Shown piece by piece: positions 1 through 10,963 of a stretch of DNA of 38,672 bases. A program made the position numbers and the translations under genes. The DNA lies in NCBI RefSeq assembly GCF_006345805.1, contig NW_021835768.1, positions 1 through 38,672 of the forward strand, read 5' to 3'. The stretch is from Octopus sinensis. Taxonomy: Eukaryota. Positions within the stretch are counted from its first letter, which is position 1; each line of letters begins with the position of its first letter. Below the pieces are notes generated by a model, which worked only from the letters and a program-made list of their open reading frames with translations, ran no database searches and was not told where the DNA came from.

Positions 1-262
1 TATATGTAATACACACACGTGTGTACGTGTATATATCACGTACTGTTTATAATTCCTTGAAATCTCCCAATAAAAAATAACAGCATTTGGTTTTAACCAA
101 GAAGCAAAGTGCCATGTTTGGTATTTAAATAACAATACAATGTTCAGATTGAACGATAGAAGACTCATGCATCTTTTTAATATACGGCATTGTTGTATGG
201 TTGAATATATTAAGTGTGCGAGTATGTACGTATGTATATACGCATATCTACACATTACGCAG

Positions 263-620
263 TGGAGGCGCAATAGCCCAGTGGTTAGTGCAGCGGTACT
301 CGCGGTCGTAGGATCGCGGTTTCGATTCGCAGACCGGGCGTTGTGAATGTTTATTGAGCGAAAACACCTACAGTTCCACGAGGCTCCGGCAGGGGGTGGT
401 GACGAACCCTGCTGTACTCTTTCACCACAACTTTCTCTCACATTTTCTTCCTGTTTCTGTTGTACCTGTATTTCAAAGGGCCAGCCTTGTCACAATCTGT
501 GTCACGCTGAATCTCTCCGAGAACTACACGTTAAGAGTACACGTGTCTGTGGAGTCCTCAGCCACTTGTACGTTAATCATGAGCAGGTTGTTCCGTCGTA
601 ACCGACGGAGTACCATTATT
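263..620 (+). mobile_element. tRNA-derived SINE, family A (full length)
   Basis: The head has an A-box-like TAGCCCAGTGG and a B-box-like GGTTTCGATTC. A homologous copy lies in reverse orientation at 34474-34716. Confidence 0.8.
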
Positions 621-664
621 TATATATCATATATATATATATATATATTATATTGTTTTTTAAA

Positions 665-962
665 TTCTTTTACTTGTTTCAGTCATTTGACCTCGGCCAT
701 GCTGGAGCACCGCCTTTAGTCGAGTAATCGACCCCAGGACTTATTCTTTGTAAGCCTAGTACTTATTTTATCGGTCTCTTTTTCTTTTGCCGCAACGGTA
801 TGTTACGGGGACGTAAACACACCAACACCGGTTGTCAAGCGATGGTGGGGGGACAAACAGACACACAAATACACACACACATATATATATACACGACGGG
901 CTTCTTTCAGTTTCCATCTATCAAATCCACTATCAAATTCAGTAAGACTGAACCCGGAACCA

Positions 963-963
<1 letters not shown>
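665..963 (-). mobile_element. SINE family B, internally deleted and 5'-truncated
   Basis: Reverse-complement match to the copy at 1206-1598 (CATGCTGGAGCACCGCCTTTAGTCGA, GGACTTATTCTTTGTAAG, ACTGAACCCGGAACCAT). Confidence 0.85.
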
Positions 964-993
<30 letters not shown>

Positions 994-999
994 ATTTAC

Positions 1000-1062
<63 letters not shown>

Positions 1063-1073
1063 TATATATATAC

Positions 1074-1141
<68 letters not shown>

Positions 1142-1160
1142 GATGTATAAATATATATAT

Positions 1161-1194
<34 letters not shown>

Positions 1195-1205
1195 ATATAT
1201 ATATA
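964..1205. repeat. (TA)n microsatellite
   Basis: About 240 bp of near-pure alternating T/A. Confidence 0.95.
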
Positions 1206-1598
1206 GGCGCAGGAGTGGCTGTGTGGTAAGTAGCTTGCTTCCCAACCAGATGGTTCCGGTTCAGTCTCACTGCGTGGCACCATGAGCAAATATCTTCTAC
1301 TATGGCTTCGAGCCGACCAAAGCCTTGTGAGTGGATTTCGTAGACGGAAACTGAAAGAAGACCGTCGAACGTATATATACACATGCGTGTGTGTTTTTGT
1401 GTGTCTGTGTTTGTCCCCCCAACATCGCTTGACAACCGATGATGGTGTGTTTACGTCCCCGTGACTTAGCGGTTCGGCAAAAGAGATCGATTGTATAAGT
1501 ACTAGTCTTACAAAGAATAAGTTTTCGGGTCGATTTGTTGGACTAAAAGACGGTGCTCCAGCATGGCCACAGTCAAATGGCTGAAAGAATTTAAAGAA
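1206..1598 (+). mobile_element. SINE family B (full length)
   Basis: GGCGCAGGAGTGGCTGTGTGGTAAG head, internal (TA)/(TG) tract and AAAGAAT tail. At least five other copies occur in the window. Confidence 0.9.
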
Positions 1599-1679
1599 TA
1601 TGTATGTATGTGTGTGTGTGTGTATGTATGTACATGGAGAGAAAGAACGAGATTGGAAACGAAGAACAGGACCAGACAC

Positions 1680-1682
1680 ACG

Positions 1683-1722
<40 letters not shown>

Positions 1723-1725
1723 ACA

Positions 1726-1765
<40 letters not shown>
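1680..1765. repeat. (CA)n microsatellite
   Basis: Direct reading. Confidence 0.95.
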
Positions 1766-1767
<2 letters not shown>

Positions 1768-2640
1768 GAGGTTTGTACGTGTGTGTTTGTACCTGTAAAC
1801 AAACTGTAGCACTTTTACATCCGTTATGAACACTATACACGAAATAAAAAAGCACCATTCATACACCCACCCACATACAGATCTCTCTCCACCCCATTCA
1901 ATGCATGTGTGCATGTACACATTTCACACACACACTCACACACACATACATGCACGTACAAATGACAAAACTCTCTTACCGTATGTCGATTGTAGCCTCA
2001 CCTTTTCTCATAAAATAAGTAAACCCGACTCCAGATAAAAGGTCCTTATTTATTTGGTTGGTGCCATGAGGCTGATTAGATCCTTGTACACTGATCCCTA
2101 TTGTATACCACGGTAAATACCGCATATAGCGGTACTGTATGTAACGAGTAATGAATGAAACACCAGTGTTCGATTAAACGTCAGAACGTCTTTAACGAGC
2201 ACCTGGTATAAACAGTAACTAACCGGGAATCGATCCCTCGCTGTGTCTCCTTAAAAGTCTCACCGAATATCTGAAGACGGTAAAGCACCGGGTTTGATCC
2301 TTCGATGATGTTGTTGTTGTTGTTGTTTTTCTTCTTCTTCTCAGAACGAATTCAAATAAAAGAAGTTTAGTCAATGTTGAAATGAAGAAACTCCGAGAGT
2401 CGCTCGAAGCCGTTCTTTTCGTTGTTGGCGGTTGCTAAAATTAGATGAGGCCAAACTGCTTTAAGAACCGGATCCGGTTATGTGTGGGCTTGCGTGTGTG
2501 TGTGTGTGTGTGTGTACGTGTGTGTGTGCGTGAGAGAGAGAGAGAGAGAAAAGGAGAGTGGGGAGGGGTGAAGGTGTACATACACATGCTCAAAAGCACG
2601 CATTGACGTACCTGTAACTATGTTTTCTCACGTAGAATAA

Positions 2641-2698
2641 ATGTGTGTGTGTGTGTATGTGTATGTGTGTGTGTATGTGTATGTGTGTGTGTGTGTGT

Positions 2699-2733
<35 letters not shown>

Positions 2734-3010
2734 TGTACATGTATGTGTGTGTATATATATATATATTATATATATATTATATATATATATATATATAATA
2801 TATATATTTCTATATATACATACACACACATATATATATGTACATACATGTATATGTACACACACATACACATACTCGCATATATGTGGATATATTCTTG
2901 TGTGTGTGTGTGTGTGTGTGTGAGTGTGTATGTGTGTGAGTGTGTGAGTGTGTGTGTGTGTGTGTGTGTATGCGTGTGTGTGTTGTGTGTGTGTGTGTGT
3001 GTGTGTGTAA
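2641..3010. repeat. compound (TG)n/(TA)n microsatellite
   Basis: Direct reading. It explains the overlapping CV/YI/HT ORFs. Confidence 0.95.
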
Positions 3011-4650
3011 GCAATTGAATGCGGTGTTTTGTAAGGAGAGTCTGCATAGTTTGTGCGACTGTGTAAAGCTAACTTTATATATTTATCACAAGAACTTTGA
3101 CCTGCAACCCAAATAAAAGACAAAGCCGTTACCTTTATGCTTAATGCCTCCACTCAAACATGGCAAATACCAATGTAAAGAAATCACTCGAAATACCAAC
3201 CCTGTTTCACAAAATGGTGACACAACAATTAAACAGACACCTACGAATTAATCTCTAAAAAACCCTCTCCCTTGCTGAGCTGATCGGACACAATAGCGAC
3301 AGACACGAACTTCTAACTTTCCCTTATATTCTCCATTATCTTGTTCCCTGTCCAGCCTTTGACGCTGCTCAACCAACCCCTTTCAGGTCTTCTTATACCC
3401 CTTTTAACGGGGTTTGTCAATGGATAGCCATATTTGCTGGAGTCATAGTACCCTAGCGTTGTTTTTAATAATCAAATCCCTGTTTTTCTTTTAGCTTCTT
3501 TTCATCAATTGACAGGAGAGTTCTATGGATCGTAGTCTTCCCATCAATTTCTGTCCTAATCGTTTATCTTTCCAAAGCGTTTTAATAAGTTTGCCCTAAA
3601 TGTCCAAGCTTGTTTTCAGGCTTTTAGTTAGCCCTTGTTTCATTTTAAGGTTACTTCTACAGAGTCTCTATAGAATTCAAAGCCAATACTGTAAGTTGCG
3701 ATATTTCGTAAACAAATATCTCTATGTAAACAAATCGATCGAAAAGAGAAAAAAGAAGTAATTGGTGTATATGTATATTTCGATTATTATTGTTCTCTCA
3801 TCAGTACTTCATCCAACCTATCAACTTCTTACATACGTTTTGAGTAATATAAAGCGCTTCTTTCATAAGTACCAAGTTACTCTGGTGGATGACAAAAATT
3901 GGGAATATGTATCATACATAATGCATAAACATCTGGGGAAAATGTCCTGCGTATTACATATGATACAGAGGACAGGTAAAGATAAAGACGATTTCACACA
4001 GAGATGATTAATGGACCGTGTTTGGTTCTTGTGTTTGTAAAACTTAGTCATGAGGAAAGATCAGTTCTCATTTAATTTCAACAGGGATTCTCTGAGTTTG
4101 GCAAGAATTGAGAATTTATCGGGTTTATGTTAAGACTAAGCATTTATATGTTGATGTGAGAGTTCCAATAGATTAAGTTTCTAATAGATTAAGAGGAAAG
4201 GTCAGTAGTAGGGAGGGGGTAGTGGAGGGCCTGACTGGCGACACACAGTTAAGGGTAATCATACAGGTGTGGTGGTGTGGCTTTTAAGAAGAGGGTATGA
4301 CGCTGGGTGGTTCAGGTGAACAGAGACAGTTGTAGCAGTGGTATAATAGACAACGAGAGATATCACGTCTGTGGGTAAACTTTTTTTATGACTCAGGGCA
4401 TAACTTTTTCAGACACTAGGGCGTGATTTGTGGGAGATTATGTTGTTGTTTCTAGTATGTCATGCGACCACTTATAAGCCACTAGACACTAACTTTTCCG
4501 TATCGTCTGCAATCAAAATTGTCGGCTGGGCTTCATGCAAATTGATTTCGGTGAAATGAGGCAATAAAGGAAATGGCTCTGTCCAGAAACATGAAAATTC
4601 GTAAAAGAATTTGAATTTCCTGATCGATAGTTTAATATTTTATCTATTCA

Positions 4651-4765
4651 GAAGGCGGCGAGCTGGCATCGCTATAGCACCGGACAAAATGCTTAGCAAC
4701 ATTTCTTTCGTTTTTACGTTCTGAGTTCAACTTCCGCCGGGTTGACTTTGCATTCGTCTTTTCTC
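4651..4765 (+). mobile_element. SINE family C, 5' part
   Basis: GGCGGCGAGCTGGCA head followed by TTCTGAGTTCAACTTCCGCCG. Confidence 0.8.
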
Positions 4766-4812
4766 TTTATGTCCGGTGTTCTATTCCTGCGGAGGTCAAC
4801 TTTAAAAAATTA

Positions 4813-4932
4813 AGGCTGTGAACTGGCAGAATCGTTAGCGCGCCGGCCAAAATGCTTTCCGGCATTTTGTCCGTCTTTACGTTCTGAGTTCGAATTCCGC
4901 TGAGGTTGACTTTGTCTTTCATTCTTTCAGGG
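4813..4932 (+). mobile_element. SINE family C, 5' part
   Basis: CTGGCAGAATCGTTAGCGCGCCGG...TTCTGAGTTCGAATTCCGC...CTTTCATTCTTTC. Confidence 0.85.
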
Positions 4933-4945
4933 AAGTAAGCCTATT

Positions 4946-5100
4946 ACATCGACCCCAGTTCTCAACTGGTATTTATTTTATCGATCCCGAAAGAATGAAA
5001 AGCAAAGTCGATCTCGGCGGACTCTGGACTCTGAACATAAAGACAGACAAAATGGCGTTAAGCATTTGGCCCGGCGTGCTAACGATTCTGGCAGCTCATC
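4946..5100 (-). mobile_element. SINE family C
   Basis: Reverse-complement match to the other family C copies. It lies tail-to-tail with 4813-4932. Confidence 0.85.
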
Positions 5101-5959
5101 ATCCTTGATATAAATGAAAAGATGGATAAAGACAAAGCTAAGAGAAGTGCACTTCAGTCCCCAACTTTTCATTTGTCACTAACCTTACTCCTTTCGTTGA
5201 TTTTTACATTCATTAAAATAAAGATATTTTATTACGAAGTCTACTATCTCCATTCCTTCACGCAAAGATTCTACGCGATTGTTCAAACACCTTTCTTTCA
5301 TTCCGGCATCTGTAAGAGTCTGTTAACTCCATTCCCTTACCAAGGAATTCTACAACATTCTGCAAACACTATTCTTTCAGCAAGGTATCGGTGAGAACCT
5401 GCCCTTCACCATTCCTTCGTCCAGGTATCTGTAAGTGTTAGCTAAGCAGCATTCCTTTTGCCAATGGATCTACTATGACAATCGCAAACCATCAAGATGA
5501 CTCCTATACCGTCACTCTATTGGTTAAAATATTTCTTACAACCAATCACCGTCAGCTTTTGTACATTTGTCATGCGATCACATGATACCATCAGTTACGG
5601 TCAGAGATTTTTCACGTGATAATGGTTGCCTACATTTCTACAGTGGTTATTCTACACAGATTTAGGAGTTTAGCAAAAAATTACAAATTTTACCTCAAAG
5701 AAAAATCATTTGATTGCACCCCTCCAGTTACTGGAGGTGACCTTGAGTGATAAGAGCGGTTTGTCCAGCATTAGAACACCTGGGAGAAATATATGTACCG
5801 TATGCCGCCTACGTCTGAAATAACTTCTTGGTTCTGTGACCAAGAACTGGGGGCTCTGACAGCTTCTAAAAGCGAGAGAAAACTTATTTGAAAAATCTCA
5901 CAAACGTTTATGTTGGTTCTCGACTCCTGGATATTCCAGATACCATTCTCATTAATTAG

Positions 5960-6335
5960 CCGCCACACCACCAAACCACCACACTAAAAACACCGTTACC
6001 AACACCAATAACACTACTGCCGCTATCACCATCATAGCCATCACCAAGACCAGCACAACTACTGCTACCGATACCACTGTAACTACCGCAAGCTCGGCAA
6101 CCCAGCAGCGGCGCCGCCACCACCACCACCACAACCACAACCACCACCACCACCACCACCACCACCACCACCACCACCGCACAGCCGCCGCCGCTGCCAC
6201 CACCACCACCACCCCACCACCACCACCACCACCACCACCACCGCACAGCCGCCGCCGCTGCCACCACCACCGCCACCACCACCACCGCCACCACCAACAC
6301 CGCCGCCGCCGCTGCTACCACCACCACACCACCAC
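5960..6335. repeat. (CCA)n/(CCG)n trinucleotide low-complexity tract
   Basis: Direct reading, with an internal near-duplicate CACAGCCGCCGCCGCTGCCACCACC. Confidence 0.9.
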
Positions 6336-6907
6336 TCATGAAAAGTTCCTTTATGATTATTTCGTTGTTACAAAATATTTTTTCTCCATTCGGTGTTAAT
6401 GAATTCTTTAAACAATTAAAGTGAATGGTGCCAAATGATAATGAGGAAGAACACTGTGTGTTTGGATTCTTCTGGGAGGTTAATTGGGTCAATGAAGGGA
6501 GAGAGGTGTCAAGACAATTGTTATACAACATAACTTTGTATTTGGTAAGCTCCACTAGGTATAAATGGGGAAGGAAGAAAAATAAGGTTAATACGACGAA
6601 TTATCGCATGAAATTAAGACGTCAATATAAGAAAGAATTCAAGAACTTCTTTCCAAAACAGAAGTCTCGAAGAACTCTGGAGGAGATTAAGTAGTTGATA
6701 TATCGAGGAATTATAGCACTTCCTGCCAAAACAGAGAGCAGTAGCGTAGATACAATGGAGGATAGGACGAAGCTTTTATGTGGGGCGGATGTTGTATAAG
6801 CTTGTACAGGCTTGGGGATCCGAAGGTGGGGACCATAAACTCCAGGACGGCCCCCGGGCGAAACACACCTTAGCTAAGATACTGGCAGAAAGGTATTGAT
6901 GTAAGGC

Positions 6908-7084
6908 ACGCCGGGCGAAATGCTTTGCGGTATTTCGTCTGACGCTGCATTCTGAGTTCAAATTCCGCCGGGGTCGATTAAATAAGTACCAGTCACACAC
7001 TGGGGTCGATATAATCGACTTAATCCCTTTGTATGTCCTTGTTTGTCCTCTCTGTGTTTAGCCCCTTGTGGGTAGTAAAGAAAT
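6908..7084 (+). mobile_element. SINE family C flanked by a 17-bp direct repeat
   Basis: The body and tail match the copy at 20111-20338. AGGTATTGATGTAAGGC occurs at 6891-6907 and 7085-7101. Confidence 0.85.
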
Positions 7085-7363
7085 AGGTATTGATGTAAGG
7101 CTGAGTCGATGAAATCTCGTGGAAAATAAGGAGGTTGACATAAAGAATTAGCGCAACACAGCTTTCTGAAGAAAAAAAAAAAAGATGTTAATATAAGGAA
7201 GAATCGCAGAATTATTTCTAAGAAAAGAAAGACATTAATATATCGAGGAATGGGAAAAGTTCTCTCTCAAGATTTCAATAAATAAATACAAATATACAAA
7301 TGGAATTTTCGATTTTTCAAATCGTTTTTTTCTTCGGTATTCTATTCTTCACAATACAATCAA

Positions 7364-7522
7364 CAACAACGGTAGTAGTAGCAGCAGTAGCAGCAGCAAC
7401 AACATCAACCACAACAACCACAACAACCACAACAACCTTAATAACAAGCACTAAGAACAACACTAACAACAACAAAAACAATATCGATGACAACAACAAA
7501 ATAACAACAACAAGCAACGACC
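7364..7522. repeat. (CAA)n/(CAG)n-rich tract
   Basis: Direct reading. Confidence 0.85.
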
Positions 7523-7850
7523 AGTAAACTTTATTTATTACCACCAATGACTGTGTTTTGGGTGTTGTTTAATAGCACTGGCCACCCGGCTACCTCTCCC
7601 ACCACCCCGCAGACAATATAGTTATTTCTGTTACGCCACTCACGAAAAACTAATTACACAACTTCATTCTTTACATTTAAATAATGAAATAAAAAATAAA
7701 ACCGGTCTTTTAGTTTGGGAATGAAATTAATGGGAAAATATTTACAAATGACCTGACAATAACAACTGGCTCCCAGCTCGGCTAATTACCGATTTGTAAA
7801 AGATCTCACAAAAAAACACAGTAGTAACACGGTAAGCACTTCTTAAATAC

Positions 7851-7853
7851 TAC

Positions 7854-7903
<50 letters not shown>

Positions 7904-8120
7904 TGGTGGTAGTGGTAGTGGTAGTAGTAGTAGTGGTGGTAGTAGTAGTGGTAGTGGTAGTAGTAGTAGTAGTAGTGGTGGTGGTGGTGGTGGTGGTAGT
8001 GGTGGTGGTGGTAGTAGTAGTAGTAGTAGTGTGGTGGTGGTGGTGGTGGTGGTGGTAGTAGTGGTGGTGGTGGTGGTAGTGGTAGTAGTAGTAGTAGTAG
8101 TAGTGGTGGTGATGGTAGTG

Positions 8121-8152
<32 letters not shown>

Positions 8153-8192
8153 GGTGGTGGTGGTTGTGGTGGTGGTGGTAGTAGTAGTAGTT

Positions 8193-8259
<67 letters not shown>

Positions 8260-8260
8260 A
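7851..8260. repeat. (TAG)n/(TGG)n compound microsatellite
   Basis: Direct reading. It is the source of the poly-V ORF 8031..8267. Confidence 0.95.
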
Positions 8261-8761
8261 TAGGTAGGCGAAATGTTATAATCAAGGTGCGCGTTCAGTA
8301 CTTTTGATATTCTCCGAGTAGCAAGTATGGCGGATTTAGTAGCAATATGGCGTCAGAATATGTCTGAATTGATACCACACGTTGTTGTTGTTGTTGTTGT
8401 TGTTGTTGTTGCTATTGATGTTGTTATTGTTGTGGTTGACGTTAGCAGTCAAAGCTTTGGTCATTCAAATACACTATGGTATCTACATACGGCTACGTAG
8501 ACTGGACTGGTGGCAATTGCGTTGGTAATAGATGCAGTATATAGCGAAACTACACCACACTGTGGTACCTACTTACAGCTAGGTGGCCTGGGTCGTTGTC
8601 TTAGTACAAGTCACTACACAACGTGACACTAATTTACAGTTATGTGAAAAACAAATAAAATCCACAAATTCCAACAAACTCCGTGTAATCTCCAAGGATT
8701 TTCCTGGGGACATTACACATGCATACATGGGTTTGTTTTTCCACATGTTTCGTTTCGTCTA

Positions 8762-8999
8762 CAACTGTTCGTGAACCTTTTTTCTTCTTTCATTTCTCCC
8801 TCATTCTCTCGACGAACGTCCCCTGCCAGAAACCCCAAGCTGCTCCCTATTTCTTCCTCTAAGTGTAACGATATTAATTCAACTGTTCGTGAACCTTTTT
8901 TCTTCTTTCATTTCTCCCTCATTCTCTCGACGAACGTCCCCTGCCAGAAACGCCAAGCTGCTCCCTATTTCTTCCTCTAAGTGTAACGATATTAATTCA
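8762..8999 (+). repeat. 118-bp tandem duplication (2 copies)
   Basis: The unit CAACTGTTCGTGAACC...GATATTAATT starts at 8762 and 8880. I see one substitution (GAAACC vs GAAACG). Confidence 0.95.
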
Positions 9000-9280
9000 C
9001 ATTGAATACCTTGTTGTAATGTACAATTGAATATATCCATAGATTTTTTAACCAACAACGTGTTGCGACGAACGTAACCCTTACGTTTATATACACAATA
9101 ATATTCTTGGGTAGGAGGCGGCGAGCTGGCAGAAACGTTAGCACGCCGGATGAAATGCTTTGTGGTATTTCGTCTGCTGTTACGTTCTGAGTTCAAATTC
9201 CGCCGAGGCCGACTTTGCCTTTCATCCTTTCGGTATCGATAAACTAAGTACCAGTTACGCACTGGGGTCGATGTAATCTA

Positions 9281-10571
9281 CGAGGGGCGTTCAATAAGTA
9301 ATGCCCCTGATCCACTTGAAGTTGTTCGATCTAGCTGAAATTTTGCATGTGCAATTACTTATATCTCTATAGATTAAGTGGCAAATTACAGCTCTAAACT
9401 AATTGTGGTTTCTGATTTACAGGTGTTTGAACTGAGTCAAGTGTGAAATGGAGTCTGTTGAATGTCGAGCAGTGATCCGGTTTTTGTATTTGAAAGGACG
9501 CACACCACGGGAGACTTTTGATGAAATGAAAGTAACTTATTGTGATAATGCCCCATCATATGACCTTGTAAAACGCTGGCATCGTGAATTCAAACATGGT
9601 TGGAACTCTGTGGAAACAGCTCCCAGATCTGGTCGCCCCCTTCTGCCATTGATGAAGCATCTGTCCGTCAAGTTGAGGCTGCCATTTTGGAAGATCGACG
9701 CATAACTATTCGCGAAATAGCCCATGAGGTCAAGATTAGTACCGGGTCTGTGGAAACTATCATTCATGACCATTTGCATATGCAAAAAGTGTCTGCCAGA
9801 TGGATTCGCAGGTTGCTCACATCTTTCCAGAAGCAAGAACGCGTCGATTGCTCGAGGGTGAATTTGGAGATGTGCCAAGAAGATGAGTCAACATTTTTCA
9901 AAAGACTGATTACACAGGATGAAACCTGGGTCCATCACTATGATCCAGAGACCAAAGCCCAGTCAATGCAGTGGAAGCACCGTGACTCCCCTCCTCCAAA
10001 GAAGGCAAGGGTGCAGCCCTCCGCTGGCAAGGTCATGCTCACAGTCTTCTGGGACCAGGACGGAGTAGTGATGACAGATTTCCTGGCAAATGGTGCCACA
10101 ATTACAGGAGCCTATTATGCTTCACTTTTGAGGAAATTAAGAGAAGCTATCAAAATCAAGAGGCGGGGCAAGATAAGCAAAGGCATCCTCCTCCTGCAGG
10201 ACAACGCTCTGGTCCACAACTCGCGTGTCGCCAGATCAGAAGCACAGGCGTGCGGCTATGAACTCCTCCCCCATCCCCCTACTCTTCTGACCTTGCACCT
10301 TCTGATTTTCACCTCTTCCCAGCCATGAAGTTGTTTTTGAAAGGAAAGCGTTTCCCAGATGATGCAGCCTTGATTTCTGAAGTCACGTCGTGGCTGGAGG
10401 ACCAAGCTGGTGTCTTCTACAGAAACGGTCTTCAGAGCTGCATCAAACGATGGGAGAAATGCGTAACTCTGGGTGGTTCCTACGTAGAAAAAGACTAATA
10501 ACTGTGCCAAGTTTCGTTGCTCTACTGCTATGGGAAGTGGGTCAGGGACATTACTTATTGAACGTCCCTCG
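9281..10571 (+). mobile_element. full-length mariner (Tc1/mariner, DD34D) DNA transposon, 1291 bp
   Basis: 30-bp TIRs at 9281-9310 (CGAGGGGCGTTCAATAAGTAATGCCCCTGA) and 10542-10571, with 2 mismatches. TA flanks both ends (9279-80, 10572-73). The CGAGGG TIR start resembles Hsmar2/irritans-type elements (subfamily assignment is inference). Confidence 0.97.
9448..10498 (+). pseudogene. mariner transposase, about 350 aa after repairing two -1 frameshifts
   Basis: N-terminal HTH (RAVIRFLYLKG...VKRWHREFK...RSGRP), WIRRLL (WVPREL-like), catalytic D in TQDETW and LQDNA, then HPP/YSSDLAPSDFHLF with 34 residues between the last two Asp. It ends YVEKD-TAA at 10496-98. The frameshifts lie in C-runs near 9636 and 10275. 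Confidence 0.95.
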
Positions 10572-10963
10572 TACTTAGTTCGTTTGTCTGTCCTTGTTTG
10601 TCCTCTCTGTGTTTAGCCCCTTGTGGGTAGTAAAGAAATAGGTATTTCGTCTGATGCTACGTTCTGAGTTCAAATTCCGCCGAAGTTGATTTTGCCTTCC
10701 ATCCTTTCGGGGTCGATAAATTAAGTAGCAGTTGCGCACAGGGGTCACTCTAATCGACTGGTCCACTCCCTCACAATTTGTTCCTAGAGTAGAAAAGAAT
10801 ATTTTGGGGCAGAAGAACGCAACATTTGTATATGATGCACATCTCAACACTGTGTGGGGTTTCGTCAACCACTCCTTTCCACGAGTGCACAAGCAGCTTG
10901 TTTGCTTTTTGGTGTGTTTTTTTCCTAATAGTTATTTTTCGGCATACACAAGGTCATCAAATG

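Larger units (their letters stand above)
9116..10803 (+). mobile_element. dimeric SINE family C interrupted by the mariner at 9281-10571
   Basis: SINE head and body at 9116-9280 resume at 10574 with tail 1, then a second body and a different tail 2 ending AGAAAAGAATATT. Confidence 0.85.

Noticed and set aside
2271-2295. CTGAAGA-CGGT(AAAGC)ACCG, resembling the first half of a hammerhead
   Set aside because: The required GAAA after stem II is absent (GGTTT follows) and no stem I partner is found.
2466-2479. Perfect 14-bp palindrome AACCGGATCCGGTT
   Set aside because: About 2 such palindromes are expected by chance in 38.7 kb (38672/4^7), and there is no supporting context.
3150-3715. Possible decayed Penelope RT (KYGYP resembling NGYP on the minus strand)
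   Set aside because: It is a single weak motif amid stops and frameshifts, and I could not confirm any neighbouring motifs.
4085-4130. Possible small exon after TTTCAACAG
   Set aside because: No convincing donor site, the frames close quickly, and the peptide is not recognisable.
8300-8500. ATGGCG start in a good context (MADLVAIWRQ...)
   Set aside because: The frame runs into a (GTT)n microsatellite and stops before 60 codons.
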